Source: Burkholderiaceae bacterium (GTDB lineage: Bacteria; Pseudomonadota; Gammaproteobacteria; Burkholderiales; Burkholderiaceae_F). From it: a stretch of DNA of 64,000 nucleotides. Positions 38,156 to 47,897 of this stretch are shown here, piece after piece. The translations under genes were made by a program, and so were the position numbers. Each line of letters begins with the position of its first letter. Position 1 is the stretch's first letter. Under the pieces are notes generated by a model. It did not search any database. It had not been told where the DNA came from and saw only the letters and a list, made by a program, of their open reading frames with translations. The stretch spans positions 10,530 through 74,529 of the forward strand of contig JAXHLD010000032.1 of assembly GCA_034522655.1 (NCBI GenBank), written 5' to 3'.

Positions 38156-39016
38156 GTGTTGCGCGAGCGACTTTCCCTTTACGTGAAGCTGACCCGCTTC
38201 GACAAGCCGGTCGGCACGCTGCTGCTGCTGTGGCCGACGCTGGCTGCGCTGTGGGTTGCCAGCGATGGCGAGCCGAGCGGTCTGCACCTGGCGATCTTCG
38301 TGCTCGGCACGTTCCTGATGCGCTCGGCGGGCTGCGCTATCAACGATGTGGCCGACCGCGACTTCGATGGGCACGTCAAGCGCACCGCCGATCGGGTGGT
38401 GGCCAGCGGCCGGGTGTCGCCCGGCGCAGCCCTCGGTGTGGCCACGCTGCTGACGCTGCTGGCCGCGCTGCTGCTCATCCCGCTGAACCTGCTCACCTTC
38501 ACCCTGGCGGTGATCGGGGTGTTGGTCGCCTCCACCTATCCGCTGTTCAAGCGCTTCTTTCCGCTGCCGCAGGCGTATCTCGCGATCGCTTTCTCGTTCG
38601 GCATTCCGATGGCCTTCGCCGCCGTGCAGGGGCAGGTGCCGGATGTCGGCTGGTGGCTGTTCGCTGCCAACCTGTTCTGGGTCGTGGCCTACGACACCGA
38701 GTACGCCATGGTCGACCGCGACGACGACCTGCGCATCGGCGTGCGCTCGTCGGCCATCCTCTTCGGCCGCGCCGACGTGGCGGCGGTGATGGCCTGCTAC
38801 GGGCTGTACTTCTCGCTGCTGCTGGTGGTCGCCATGCGGATCCACGCCGGCTGGCCGTACTACCTCGGCTGGGCGGTCGCCGTGGGCTTCGCGATCTACC
38901 ACTTCAGCCTGATCCGCACCCGCGAGCGCGAGCGCTGCTTCCGCGCGTTCCGCCACAACCAGTGGGTCGGGCTCGCGGTGTTCATTGGCGTGGTGGGCAC
39001 GTACCTCGCCAATTGA
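38156..39016 (+). CDS. ubiA: 4-hydroxybenzoate octaprenyltransferase
   Basis: [19 protein letters not shown], the first Asp-rich motif [15 protein letters not shown], and the second motif [16 protein letters not shown]. The GTG 38156 start is tentative. Confidence 0.88.
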   Translation: MLRERLSLYVKLTRFDKPVGTLLLLWPTLAALWVASDGEPSGLHLAIFVLGTFLMRSAGCAINDVADRDFDGHVKRTADRVVASGRVSPGAALGVATLLTLLAALLLIPLNLLTFTLAVIGVLVASTYPLFKRFFPLPQAYLAIAFSFGIPMAFAAVQGQVPDVGWWLFAANLFWVVAYDTEYAMVDRDDDLRIGVRSSAILFGRADVAAVMACYGLYFSLLLVVAMRIHAGWPYYLGWAVAVGFAIYHFSLIRTRERERCFRAFRHNQWVGLAVFIGVVGTYLAN

Positions 39017-39128
39017 AAGGCCACTGCGTGCGCCCGGCCTGCGCTTCGCTGAAGGCGGTCTGGCGCGGCGCTGACCGCGCGGTGCTGCGGCGGGAGCCGC
39101 GTGCGGACCGGGAGGAACGCCGCCGACC

Positions 39129-39929
39129 TCAATCGGCGCCGAACGCCTGCCCCATTTCCACCGCACGCGCATTGGCTGCCTTGACGGCGGCGACGATGAG
39201 GCCGCCGATGCCCGCGTCCTCCATCACGGCCAGGGCGGCGGCGGTGGTGCCGCCCTTGGAGGTGACGCGCTCGCGCAGCACGCTAACCGGCTCGTCCGAC
39301 TGTGCGGCCAGCTGGGCGGCGCCGGTGAAGGTCGCGAGCGCGAGCTGGCGCGACTGCGCATCGGTGAAGCCGAGTGCCCGCCCGGCGTCCTGCAGCGCCT
39401 CGATGAAGCGGAACACGTAGGCCGGCCCGCTGCCGGAGACTGCGGTGACCGGGTCGAGTTGCGCCTCGTCGTCGAACCACAGCACCGGTCCGGCGCTGCC
39501 GAGGATGCGCTCGGCAAGCTGCCGCTGAGCAGTACTGACGGCCGGCAGCGCGGCGACGCCGCTGATGCCCTGGCCGATCAGCGCCGGCGTGTTGGGCATC
39601 GCCCGCACCACGCAGTCGGTGCCGCACCAGCGCGCGATTTCGGTCGCGCGAATGCCCGCCGCCACCGACAGCAGCAGGGCTGCGCCTGCGTGCGCGCGCA
39701 GCGCCGTGCAGGCCTCGCGCATCTGCTGCGGCTTGACCGCCAGCACGATGACGTCGAACGCCGCCAGGCTGGCGTCGGGCGCAGCGGCGGTGGTGGCGCC
39801 GAACTCGCGCTCCAGCATGGCCCGGCGCGCGGCATCGACCTCGACCACATGCAGCGCGGACAGCGCGCCCTCGCGCTGCAGGCCGCCGATCAGCGCTGTC
39901 GCCAGGTTGCCGCCGCCGATGAAGGCCAC
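39129..39929 (-). CDS. proC: pyrroline-5-carboxylate reductase (catalytic part; may be the C-terminal domain of a longer fusion protein)
   Basis: VAFIGGGNLATALIGGL, LAVKPQ, RAMPNTPALIGQG, SGSGPAYVF and TSKGGTTAAAL. The only start-type codon at the domain boundary is GTG 39929. The frame stays open upstream. Confidence 0.85.
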   Translation of the reverse strand: MAFIGGGNLATALIGGLQREGALSALHVVEVDAARRAMLEREFGATTAAAPDASLAAFDVIVLAVKPQQMREACTALRAHAGAALLLSVAAGIRATEIARWCGTDCVVRAMPNTPALIGQGISGVAALPAVSTAQRQLAERILGSAGPVLWFDDEAQLDPVTAVSGSGPAYVFRFIEALQDAGRALGFTDAQSRQLALATFTGAAQLAAQSDEPVSVLRERVTSKGGTTAAALAVMEDAGIGGLIVAAVKAANARAVEMGQAFGAD

Positions 39930-40819
39930 GCGCGCCGCGGGCGGCGGTGGGGGAAACTCGGAGGCGTCCTGCGCCAGCAGTTGCCGAGTGTCGGCATCGA
40001 GCCCGGCGGCCAGCGCGTCGGTTTCGGCGCGCAGAGCTGCGGCGCGGGTGCTCGCGCCCGCGCGCTCGACCGCGGCCGCGAGCAGTTGCAGCAGGAAGGC
40101 GCGCTCGACGGTGTCGTTGCCGTTCTGTGTCACGACGGCGAGCGCACGTTCTGCGGCGGCCACCGCGGTGGCCTGCTCGCCCAGCCGCAGCGCCACCTTC
40201 GCGCACAGGTACAGCGCGCGCTCATGCTCGAGCCAGCCTGCCGTGCGCGACCAGAAGGCGAGGGCGGCGTCGGCGCCGCGTTGCAGGGCCTGGCGCACCG
40301 TGGGCCCGAGCGGCGCCGTGCGCGTGTCGTAGTACAGGCGATTGGTGGCGTTGTTGAAGGCAGCGCCGAAGGCTGTATCGAACCCGCCGCTGGGCACGCC
40401 GACGGCGCGCGCGGCCAGCGTGGCCAGGTCTCCCCGCGCAGCGGCGCCACGAACTCGAGCGCACAGGCACGCACCAGCACGGCCGCGGTGGCGATGTCGC
40501 TGTCGGCGCGCGCGGCGAGCGTGGCGATCGCTTGCGCTGCGGCCGCCACGTTGCCGGCGAAGTGCGCCGCCACCGCGTGCTGGCGCAGCACGGGCAGCGG
40601 CGCGCCGGGCCGTGCGGCCAGTGCCGCGATGCGCTCGCAGGCCTCGTCCCACTGGCCGAGCTTCTCGCCGAGCACGTGGTTGACGAGGAAGGCCAGCAGC
40701 CGCAACCGATCGTCGCCGACCTCGGCGACATCGAGAGCGCGCAGCAACTGGGCCGCCTGCGCCGGGTCGTCGTCGTGGATACGGTCGATGCGATCGAGTT
40801 GTTCGTTTGCCGTGCTCAT
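39930..40819 (-). CDS. uncharacterised all-helical ~290-aa ORF between yggS and proC (one frameshift near 40436; in frame with proC)
   Basis: ATG 40819 overlaps the yggS TGA (ATGA). MSTANEQLDRIDRIHDDDPAQAAQLLRAL...ACALEFVAPLRG lies in one frame. It continues as GDLATLAARAVGVPSGGF...RAETDALAAGLDADTRQLLAQDASEFPPPPPAAR in the proC frame. The switch is at a G-run (cgcGGGGagac). Confidence 0.55.
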
Positions 40820-41559
40820 GCGGTCTCCTGGGCCGGACGGGTTCGCGCGCCGAAGATCGCGGTGCCGATGCGCACCATGGTCGCACCCTCTGCGATCGCG
40901 GCCTCGAGATCGGCGGACATGCCCATCGACAGCGTGTCGAGCGGCAGTCCGTCGTGCTGCAGCTGTTCGAAAAGCTGGCGCGTGCGGGCGAGCGGGGCGC
41001 GCTGGCGCGCCGGGTCCGTCTCGGGCTCGGGGATCGCCATCAGCCCGCGCAAAGCCACGCGCGGCAGGGCGGCCACGGCACGCGCCAGCGCCAGCAGCTC
41101 GGCCGGTGTTACGCCGCTCTTGCTGGCCTCGCCGCTGATGTTGACTTGCAGCAGCAGGTTCAGCGCCGCTCGATCTGCCGGCCGCTGCTCGCTCAGCCGC
41201 TGCGCAATCTTCAACCGGTCGACCGAGTGCACCCAGTCGAAGTGCTCGGCGATGGCGCGCGTCTTGTTGCTCTGAATCGGTCCGATGAAGTGCCACTCCA
41301 GCCCGGCTGCCGCCGGCTCGGCCTGCGCGGCCCGCCGCTGCAGCTCGGCGATCTTGTCGAGCGCCTCCTGCACGTAGTTCTCGCCGAAGCGCCGCTGGCC
41401 GGCGCGGGCGGCGGCCAGTACCGCCTCGGCACCGAAGGTCTTGCTGACCGCGATCAGCACGATCTCGCGTCGATCGCGAGAAACAGCCTGCGCCGCGGTG
41501 CTAATCCTTTCGTTAACGCGGTACAAGTTGGCTTGCACCTGCTCTTGCAAACTGGACAT
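40816..41559 (-). CDS. yggS: YggS-family pyridoxal-phosphate homeostasis protein
   Basis: 247 aa with LIAVSKTF (PLP lysine), RRFGENYVQE, WHFIGPIQSNK, and LSMGMSADLEAAI...MVRIGTAIFG. Confidence 0.92.
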   Translation of the reverse strand: MSSLQEQVQANLYRVNERISTAAQAVSRDRREIVLIAVSKTFGAEAVLAAARAGQRRFGENYVQEALDKIAELQRRAAQAEPAAAGLEWHFIGPIQSNKTRAIAEHFDWVHSVDRLKIAQRLSEQRPADRAALNLLLQVNISGEASKSGVTPAELLALARAVAALPRVALRGLMAIPEPETDPARQRAPLARTRQLFEQLQHDGLPLDTLSMGMSADLEAAIAEGATMVRIGTAIFGARTRPAQETA

Positions 41560-41777
41560 AATCGTTTCGAGTTACGACCGCGGTCCGGGCTGATCGGGCG
41601 CGGCAGGTGGCGGGTGTCCGTCGATCGTGCCCGGCCCTAGGAAACGCCAGGCATTCTCCGGCGCTTCGATGCGGTCCCGGCCCATCGATCTGACCACCAG
41701 CGATCGAATCACGCGGACTTCCGGCCGCTCCGTTCCGCGGCCGGTTCAAGAAGCAGGCTCACCAGGCATCGACGACG

Positions 41778-42821
41778 ATGGATATCTCCGAACTGCTCGC
41801 ATTCTCCGTCAAGAACAAGGCCTCCGACCTGCACCTGTCGGCCGGCCTGCCGCCGATGATCCGCGTCCATGGCGACGTACGACGCATCAACCTGCCGCCC
41901 CTGGAACACAAGGACGTGCACGCGATGATCTACGACATCATGAACGACAGCCAGCGCAAGCTGTATGACGAAAACCTGGAGTGCGACTTCTCGTTCGACC
42001 TGCCCGGGCTGGCGCGCTTCCGCGTCAACGCGTTCAACCAGGATCGTGGCGCGGCCGCGGTGCTGCGGACGATTCCCTCGCGCGTGCTGTCGCTCGAGGA
42101 ACTGCAGGCGCCGCGCGTGTTCGCCGACTTCTCGTCCAAGCCGCGCGGCCTGGTGCTGGTCACCGGTCCGACCGGCTCGGGCAAGAGCACGACCCTGGCG
42201 GGCATGGTCGACTACGTCAACAACAACCTGTACGGCCACGTGCTGACGATCGAAGATCCGATCGAGTTCGTGCACGAGTCGCGCAAGTGTGTGATTAACC
42301 AGCGCGAGGTTGGTCCGCACACGTTGTCCTTCGCCAATGCGCTGCGCAGTGCACTGCGCGAGGACCCGGACGTGGTGCTGGTGGGCGAGTTGCGCGACCT
42401 GGAAACGATCCGGCTGGCGCTGACTGCGGCCGAAACCGGCCACCTGGTGTTCGGCACGCTGCACACCTCGAGCGCGGCCAAGACGATCGACCGGATCGTC
42501 GATGTCTTCCCGGCGGCCGAGAAGGAAATGGTGCGCGCGATGATGTCCGAATCGCTGGTGGCGGTGATCTCGCAGTCGCTGCTGAAGCTGAAGGACGGCA
42601 ACGGCCGGGTGGCGGCGCACGAAATCATGGTCGGCACGCCGGCCATCCGCAACCTGATCCGCGAGAACAAGGTGGCGCAGATGTACTCGATGATCCAGAC
42701 CGGCAGCCAGCACGGCATGCAGACGCTCGACCAGTGCATGATGGATCTGGTGCGGCGCAACGTGGTGTCGGTGGGCGAGGCGCGGCAGTACGCGAAGCAG
42801 CCCGAGACTTTCGTCGGCTGA
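41778..42821 (+). CDS. pilT: type IV pilus retraction ATPase PilT
   Basis: 347 aa with ASDLHLSAGLPPMIRVHG, GPTGSGKSTTLA, TIEDPIEF, VGELRDLETI, GHLVFGTLHTSSA and AHEIMVGTPAIRNLIRE. Confidence 0.95.
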   Translation: MDISELLAFSVKNKASDLHLSAGLPPMIRVHGDVRRINLPPLEHKDVHAMIYDIMNDSQRKLYDENLECDFSFDLPGLARFRVNAFNQDRGAAAVLRTIPSRVLSLEELQAPRVFADFSSKPRGLVLVTGPTGSGKSTTLAGMVDYVNNNLYGHVLTIEDPIEFVHESRKCVINQREVGPHTLSFANALRSALREDPDVVLVGELRDLETIRLALTAAETGHLVFGTLHTSSAAKTIDRIVDVFPAAEKEMVRAMMSESLVAVISQSLLKLKDGNGRVAAHEIMVGTPAIRNLIRENKVAQMYSMIQTGSQHGMQTLDQCMMDLVRRNVVSVGEARQYAKQPETFVG

Positions 42822-42867
42822 CCCAGACCCATCGCATCCGCGCCCCGCACAACTCCCGAGACAAACC

Positions 42868-44028
42868 ATGGAACGCGATCAGGCCATCCGCTTCGTCCAC
42901 GACCTGCTGAAGCTGCTGCTTACCAAGAAGGGGTCGGACCTGTTCCTGACCGCCGACTTTCCACCGGCCTTCAAGCTCGACGGCCGCGTGCTGCCGGTAT
43001 CCAACCAGCCGCTGTCGGGCAGCCACACCTCGGAACTGGTGCGGGCGATCATGAACGACCGCCAGGCTGCCGACTTCGAGGCGAACAAGGAGTGCAACTT
43101 CGCGATCAACCCGACCGGCATCGGCCGCTTCCGCGTCAGCGCGTTCGTGCAACAGGGAAAGGTCGGCATCGTGTTCCGCGTGATCGCGGACCGCATCCCG
43201 ACCACCGAGGAACTGAACCTGCCGCCGATCTTCAACGAGCTGTCGATGGCCAAGCGCGGCATCGTGATGGTGGTCGGCGCCACCGGCTCCGGCAAGAGCA
43301 CCACGCTGGCGGCGATGGTCGGCTACCGCAACGAGAACAGCCAGGGCCACATCATCACGATCGAGGACCCGATCGAGTACGTGCACCCGCACCGCAACTG
43401 CATCATCACGCAGCGCGAGGTCGGCGTGGACTGCGATTCATGGCAGGTGGCGCTGAAGAACACGCTGCGCCAGGCGCCAGACGTAATCCTGATCGGGGAG
43501 GTGCGCGAGCGCGAGACCATGGAGCACGCGATCGCCTTCGCCGAAACCGGCCATCTGGTGATGTGCACGCTGCACGCCAATTCCACCAACCAGGCGCTGG
43601 ATCGCGTGATCAACTTCTTCCCCGAGGAGAAGCGCCAGCAGCTGCTGATGGACCTGTCGCTGAACCTGCGGGCGATGGTCAGCCAGCGCCTGATCGCCTT
43701 CAAGGACCGCAAGGGCCGCATCCCGGCGGTGGAGATCATGCTGAACTCGCCGCTGATCTCGGACCTCATCTTCAAGGGCGAAGTGCACGAGATCAAGGAA
43801 GTGATGAAGCGCAGCCGCGAGCAGGGCATGCAGACCTTCGACCAGGCGCTGTTCGACCTGCACGAGCAGGAGCTGATCACCTACGAGGACGCGCTGCGTA
43901 ACGCTGATTCGGTCAACGACCTGCGCCTGCAGATCAAGCTCAACTCCAAGCTGTACGGTGGGGTGGCGGGGATTCACAAGGGCATCGAGCATCTCGGTCT
44001 GGCTGGTCAAGCTCTACTGCGTCATTAA
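42868..44028 (+). CDS. pilU: PilT/PilU-family ATPase PilU (extreme C-terminus possibly replaced by the IS junction)
   Basis: 386 aa with GSDLFLTADFPPAFKLDG, GATGSGKSTTLA, TIEDPIEY, and GHLVMCTLHANS. The last ~10 codons run into the IS left end. Confidence 0.9.
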   Translation: MERDQAIRFVHDLLKLLLTKKGSDLFLTADFPPAFKLDGRVLPVSNQPLSGSHTSELVRAIMNDRQAADFEANKECNFAINPTGIGRFRVSAFVQQGKVGIVFRVIADRIPTTEELNLPPIFNELSMAKRGIVMVVGATGSGKSTTLAAMVGYRNENSQGHIITIEDPIEYVHPHRNCIITQREVGVDCDSWQVALKNTLRQAPDVILIGEVRERETMEHAIAFAETGHLVMCTLHANSTNQALDRVINFFPEEKRQQLLMDLSLNLRAMVSQRLIAFKDRKGRIPAVEIMLNSPLISDLIFKGEVHEIKEVMKRSREQGMQTFDQALFDLHEQELITYEDALRNADSVNDLRLQIKLNSKLYGGVAGIHKGIEHLGLAGQALLRH

Positions 44029-44029
44029 A

Positions 44030-45475
44030 TTCAAGGCACTATACGCACGTCTTCGTCCCTTTCTGGTGAGCAACGATGGGTGCGAGCGATCGGTTTGAGC
44101 GGTATATGGAGCATTTGGCGGGGGGGCTGGGCATATGATCGGCACGCCGGGTTGAAGGGCTACTGCACCGGGTTGATGCTCCCCCTGTCGCGCAAGAGTG
44201 TGGAGCCCATGGCCGCGCGAGTCGATCCGATGCATGCGAGTGCCAAGCACCAGGCGCTGCACCACTTCGTGGCCAAGGCGCAGTGGTCTGACACCCAGAT
44301 GTTGCGCCGCGTGTGCCAGTGGGTGATGCCCAAGATGGACTTCAGCCAGGGCGGCTGGTGGATCATCGACGACACCGGTTTCCCGAAGAAGGGCCGCCAT
44401 TCAGTCGGTGTCACGCGCCAGTACTGCGGGATGCTCGGCAAGCAGGACAACTGCCAGGTGGCGGTCAGCATCTCGCTGAGCTGCAATCAGCAGGCCAGCC
44501 TGCCCGTGGCCTGTCAGTTGCACCCGCCCGAAGGAGTGGGCTGCGATCGCTGAGCGGCGGAGCAAGGCCGGCGTGCCGAAGGTGCACTTGCCACGAAGTA
44601 CCGAGATCGGCTGGAGCAGCTGGCACGCCTGTGATGGCGGCCGATGCGTGTTGGCCATGCCGGCTACGGCGTGGACAACGCCTTTCGCCAGTCGCTCAGC
44701 GACATGGGCTTGCTCTATGCGGTGGGTGTCACTTCGTCCGTCGTAGTCTGGCCGCCTGGGGTCCGGCCGCTGCCACCCAAGCGCTACAGCGGCATGGGTC
44801 GTCCTCCCGTGGTGCCTCGGCGCACGAGCACTCTGCAGCCCATGAGCGTCAAAGCACTGGCGATGTCGTTGCCGCCAGAAGCATTCCAGACGATCACTTG
44901 GCGCGAGGGCACCAACACGCCGCTGCGCGAGCGCTTCGCGGCTGTTCGGGTGCGTCATGCTGGAGGTAATGTCGGCAAAGCACGCCTGCATCCCGAGCAA
45001 TGGCTGCTTATCGAGTGGCCGGCAAGCGACGCCCAGCCGAGCAAGTACTTCTTGTCCACCCTGCCGGAGGACACGCCGATCAACGAACTGGTCAGCGTCG
45101 CCCATCAGCGCTGGCGCATCGAGCGCGACTACCAGGATCTGAAGCAGGACTTCGGCCTGGGCCACTACGAGGGCCGAGGTTGGCGGGGGTTCCACCACCA
45201 TGCCGCCTTGAGCATCGCGGCCTACGGGTTCCTGATGGCAGAACGCCTCGTCGCCGACAAGCCTGCCGGCGGCAAAAAAAACTTCATCGAACGCCAAGGT
45301 GCCTGCCCTTCCCGAGGATTACATCCCCCGCGGCAGTCCTGCGCGCGCAGCGCCACGTGGGGACGTCGATCACGACGCTGCGCCATCGGCTGAGCTACCA
45401 CTGATCTTCCGCCGCGGTCGATGTCCACGTTGCGCGGACAAAGCGCAAGGCGACGTTCGTGACACAGTAAGATTA
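44030..45475 (+). mobile_element. IS701-family insertion sequence, degenerate (ends approximate)
   Basis: It encloses the transposase pseudogene. Weak terminal inverted repeats are ACTATACGCACGTCTTCGTCC (left, ~44048) versus the reverse complement of ~45447-45468, ACTGTGTCACGAACGTCGCC. It sits between pilU and a low-GC segment. Confidence 0.7.
44076..45470 (+). pseudogene. IS701-family DDE transposase, frameshifted several times
   Basis: Pieces in three frames: MGASDRFERYMEHLAGGLG; DRHAGLKGYCTGLMLPLSRKSVEPMAARV...WWIIDDTGFPKKGRHSVGVTRQYCGMLGKQDNCQVAVS; VLADAGYGVDNAFRQ...; HQRWRIERDYQDLKQDFGLGHYEGRGWRGFHHH; and the C-terminus ...FVTQ stop at 45468-45470. Confidence 0.85.
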
Positions 45476-45506
45476 GTCGTCGAGGCAGAGGGAGATCGCC
45501 CCATCA

Positions 45507-46121
45507 ATGCGCCTCGATGCTGGCGCTGTTAGCGCAGCCAGCCAAAGGCTGGGAGCTACGCTCGTTGCGCTTTGGCTGTTGTCGGGCTGCGTGCTGCCCA
45601 ACACGCGCCCCTACCCAGATCACTGGCCCTTGGTCGCCAAGGTTGCTGAAGGGTGCCCGTTTCTGACGGGTCGCTACTCAAACCGAAGTGATCGTTCTAC
45701 CTCTGGATGGATCGATCTGGCTGACCTATCCGAGTGGATCCTGACCGGGGAACGCAGGCACGTCGAACCTGACGCCGAGGTCGTGGATATTGACGGTCCC
45801 CGTGATGGTGTCGTGGCGCTCAGGCTGTATCCGAGACCTGTTGGAGCCGCTGGCGGCGTCGGATCAGAGGTTGGCTCCAGCAAGTGGCGCGAAGGTCATG
45901 AGTACAGCTGCGAAAAAGGAAGGCTTGTGTTGCGTCGGTTGGCTGTGGAGCCCGCGCTTCCAGCGGTTGTCACCAGCATGAGCGCGCGCCTTTTACTCGC
46001 TTCCGACGGATCACTTGTGGTGGAGCGGGTGGAAACGCTGAGCGCGGTGATTCCCATCCCGTACTACACGTCAGACAGCGAGTGGTACCTCTACAAGAGG
46101 CTGCCCGGGCGGAGCCCCTAG
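45507..46121 (+). CDS. hypothetical lipoprotein (orphan, lower GC)
   Basis: 204-aa ORF with the lipobox LWLLSGC and no motif I recognise. Codon third positions are visibly less GC-biased than in neighbouring genes. Confidence 0.55.
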   Translation: MRLDAGAVSAASQRLGATLVALWLLSGCVLPNTRPYPDHWPLVAKVAEGCPFLTGRYSNRSDRSTSGWIDLADLSEWILTGERRHVEPDAEVVDIDGPRDGVVALRLYPRPVGAAGGVGSEVGSSKWREGHEYSCEKGRLVLRRLAVEPALPAVVTSMSARLLLASDGSLVVERVETLSAVIPIPYYTSDSEWYLYKRLPGRSP

Positions 46122-46196
46122 CAGCGCCCGTCTTGAGGGCGTTGGAGCACAGGGCTCTACAATGCACTGTCAGTGACTACCTGGGTTAGACCTGCC

Positions 46197-46682
46197 ATGC
46201 CCACCGTGTATGACTTCTCCGCGCAGACCATCGACGGCAAGACGCGCCAGCTGGCCGACTACAAGGGCAAGGCGCTGCTGGTGGTGAACACCGCCAGCAA
46301 GTGCGGCTTCACGCCGCAGTACAAGGGGCTGGAGGCGGTCTACGAAAAGTTCAAAGACCGCGGCTTTGCCGTACTCGGGTTTCCGTGCAACCAGTTCGGC
46401 GCACAGGAGCCGGGGCCGGAGTCGGAAATCGCCGAGTTCTGCGAGATGAACTACGGCGTGACGTTCCCCATGTTCGCCAAGGTCGACGTCAATGGCGATG
46501 ACGCGCATCCGCTGTTCAAGCACCTGACCAGCGCAAAGAAGGGTCTGCTCGGCTCCGAGGCGATCAAGTGGAACTTCACCAAGTTCCTGATCGGCAAGGA
46601 CGGGGCGGTGCTCGAGCGCTACGCGCCAACCACCACGCCCGAGGCGATCGTCAAGGACATCGAAAGGGCGCTGGCCGCCTAA
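46197..46682 (+). CDS. glutathione peroxidase
   Basis: MPTVYDFSAQTIDGK..., with LVVNTASKCGFT (Cys-type active site), LGFPCNQFG and WNFTKFL. Confidence 0.92.
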   Translation: MPTVYDFSAQTIDGKTRQLADYKGKALLVVNTASKCGFTPQYKGLEAVYEKFKDRGFAVLGFPCNQFGAQEPGPESEIAEFCEMNYGVTFPMFAKVDVNGDDAHPLFKHLTSAKKGLLGSEAIKWNFTKFLIGKDGAVLERYAPTTTPEAIVKDIERALAA

Positions 46683-47884
46683 GACGGCGGAGGCGCCGCA
46701 GGATCCGTCGCCGCGCGCGGCCGGTACTGGCCGCGCACCAGGTCGAAGCGGAAGAACCGGCACTCCAGCGCGCCGTTGAAGAGCACCGTCTTGCGCGTCT
46801 CGGCCAGCCGCATCTGGCGCGGCAACTGGCGATCGGAGGTCAGCAGCCACGCGGTCCAGCCGGCAAAGCGCTGCTTCAGCGCATCGCCGATCTCGGCCAT
46901 CATCTTCGGCACGCTCGCAGAGCGCGGCGCGCTCTGCTCGCCGTAGGGCGGATTGGTCACGATCAGGCCGGTCTCGGCCGGGGCCTGCATCTGGCGCGCG
47001 TCGCTAGCCGCAAGCGTGAGCCGGCCATCGTCGAGCCAGCGCTGCAGGCCGGCAAGCCGCGCGTTGGCGCGCGCCTGCTCGACCACGCGCGTGGAGATGT
47101 CGCTGCCCGCGATGCGCGCTGCCGCCGTATCGTCGACCTGCGCCAGCGCGGCGTTCTTCAGGTCTTTCCAGCCGGCGCCATCGAAGCTCGCCAGCCGCTC
47201 GAACGCGAAGCGGCGATTCAGGCCGGGCGCGCGCCGGGTCGCCATGCAGGCCGCTTCGATGACGATGGTGCCGCTGCCGCAGAACGGGTCGAGCAGCGGC
47301 TGCGCGGGCGTCCAGCCGGCCAGCATCAGCAGGCCCGCGGCCAGGTTCTCCTTCAGCGGCGCCTCGCCCTTGTCGGCGCGCCAGCCGCGCTTGAACAGCG
47401 GCTCGCCCGACAGGTCGAGGTACAGCGTCACGGCCTCGTGGTCGAGGTAGGCGAACACGCGCACGTCGGGCCGGGTGCGGTCGATCGACGGTCTTTCTCC
47501 TGTGCGATCGCGGATGCGATCAACGATGCCGTCCTTCACCTTGAGCATCGCGAACTCGAGACTGCGCAGCGGCGAGTGCGAGGCGTTCACGTCCACCCGC
47601 AGCGTCTGCTGCGCGCTCATGTGGTCGTCCCAGGGCACGGCGAAGGCGGCGTGATAGACGTCGTCCTCGCTGGCGTAGGGGCGGCGGCCTACCTGCCACA
47701 GCACGCGGCTCGCCAGGCGCGAGTGCAAATTGGCGGCGTAGGCGGTGGCGAGCGAGCCGCCAAAGGCGACGCCGCCGGCTTCAGGCGCGAGGTGGGTGGC
47801 GCCGAGTGCCTTCAGTTCGGCGGCCAGCAGTTCGTCGAGACCACGCGGGCAGATGGCGAAGAAGCGGTGCAGGGATGTGCTCAT
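46679..47884 (-). CDS. THUMP-domain class I SAM-dependent RNA methyltransferase (RlmL N-terminal-half-like)
   Basis: 401 aa with FFAICPRGLDELLAAEL, PLKENLAAGLL, DPFCGSGTIVIEAA and IVTNPPYGEQ. Confidence 0.85.
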   Translation of the reverse strand: MSTSLHRFFAICPRGLDELLAAELKALGATHLAPEAGGVAFGGSLATAYAANLHSRLASRVLWQVGRRPYASEDDVYHAAFAVPWDDHMSAQQTLRVDVNASHSPLRSLEFAMLKVKDGIVDRIRDRTGERPSIDRTRPDVRVFAYLDHEAVTLYLDLSGEPLFKRGWRADKGEAPLKENLAAGLLMLAGWTPAQPLLDPFCGSGTIVIEAACMATRRAPGLNRRFAFERLASFDGAGWKDLKNAALAQVDDTAAARIAGSDISTRVVEQARANARLAGLQRWLDDGRLTLAASDARQMQAPAETGLIVTNPPYGEQSAPRSASVPKMMAEIGDALKQRFAGWTAWLLTSDRQLPRQMRLAETRKTVLFNGALECRFFRFDLVRGQYRPRAATDPAAPPPS

Positions 47885-47897
47885 GGGTCGTTTCTCG

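Noticed and set aside
46676-46685. Convergent gpx and THUMP-methyltransferase genes whose stop codons overlap (cTAA / TAG on opposite strands), with no terminator between them.
   Set aside because: It is real in the sequence, but it is a common compact-genome arrangement. There is no evidence of regulatory significance.
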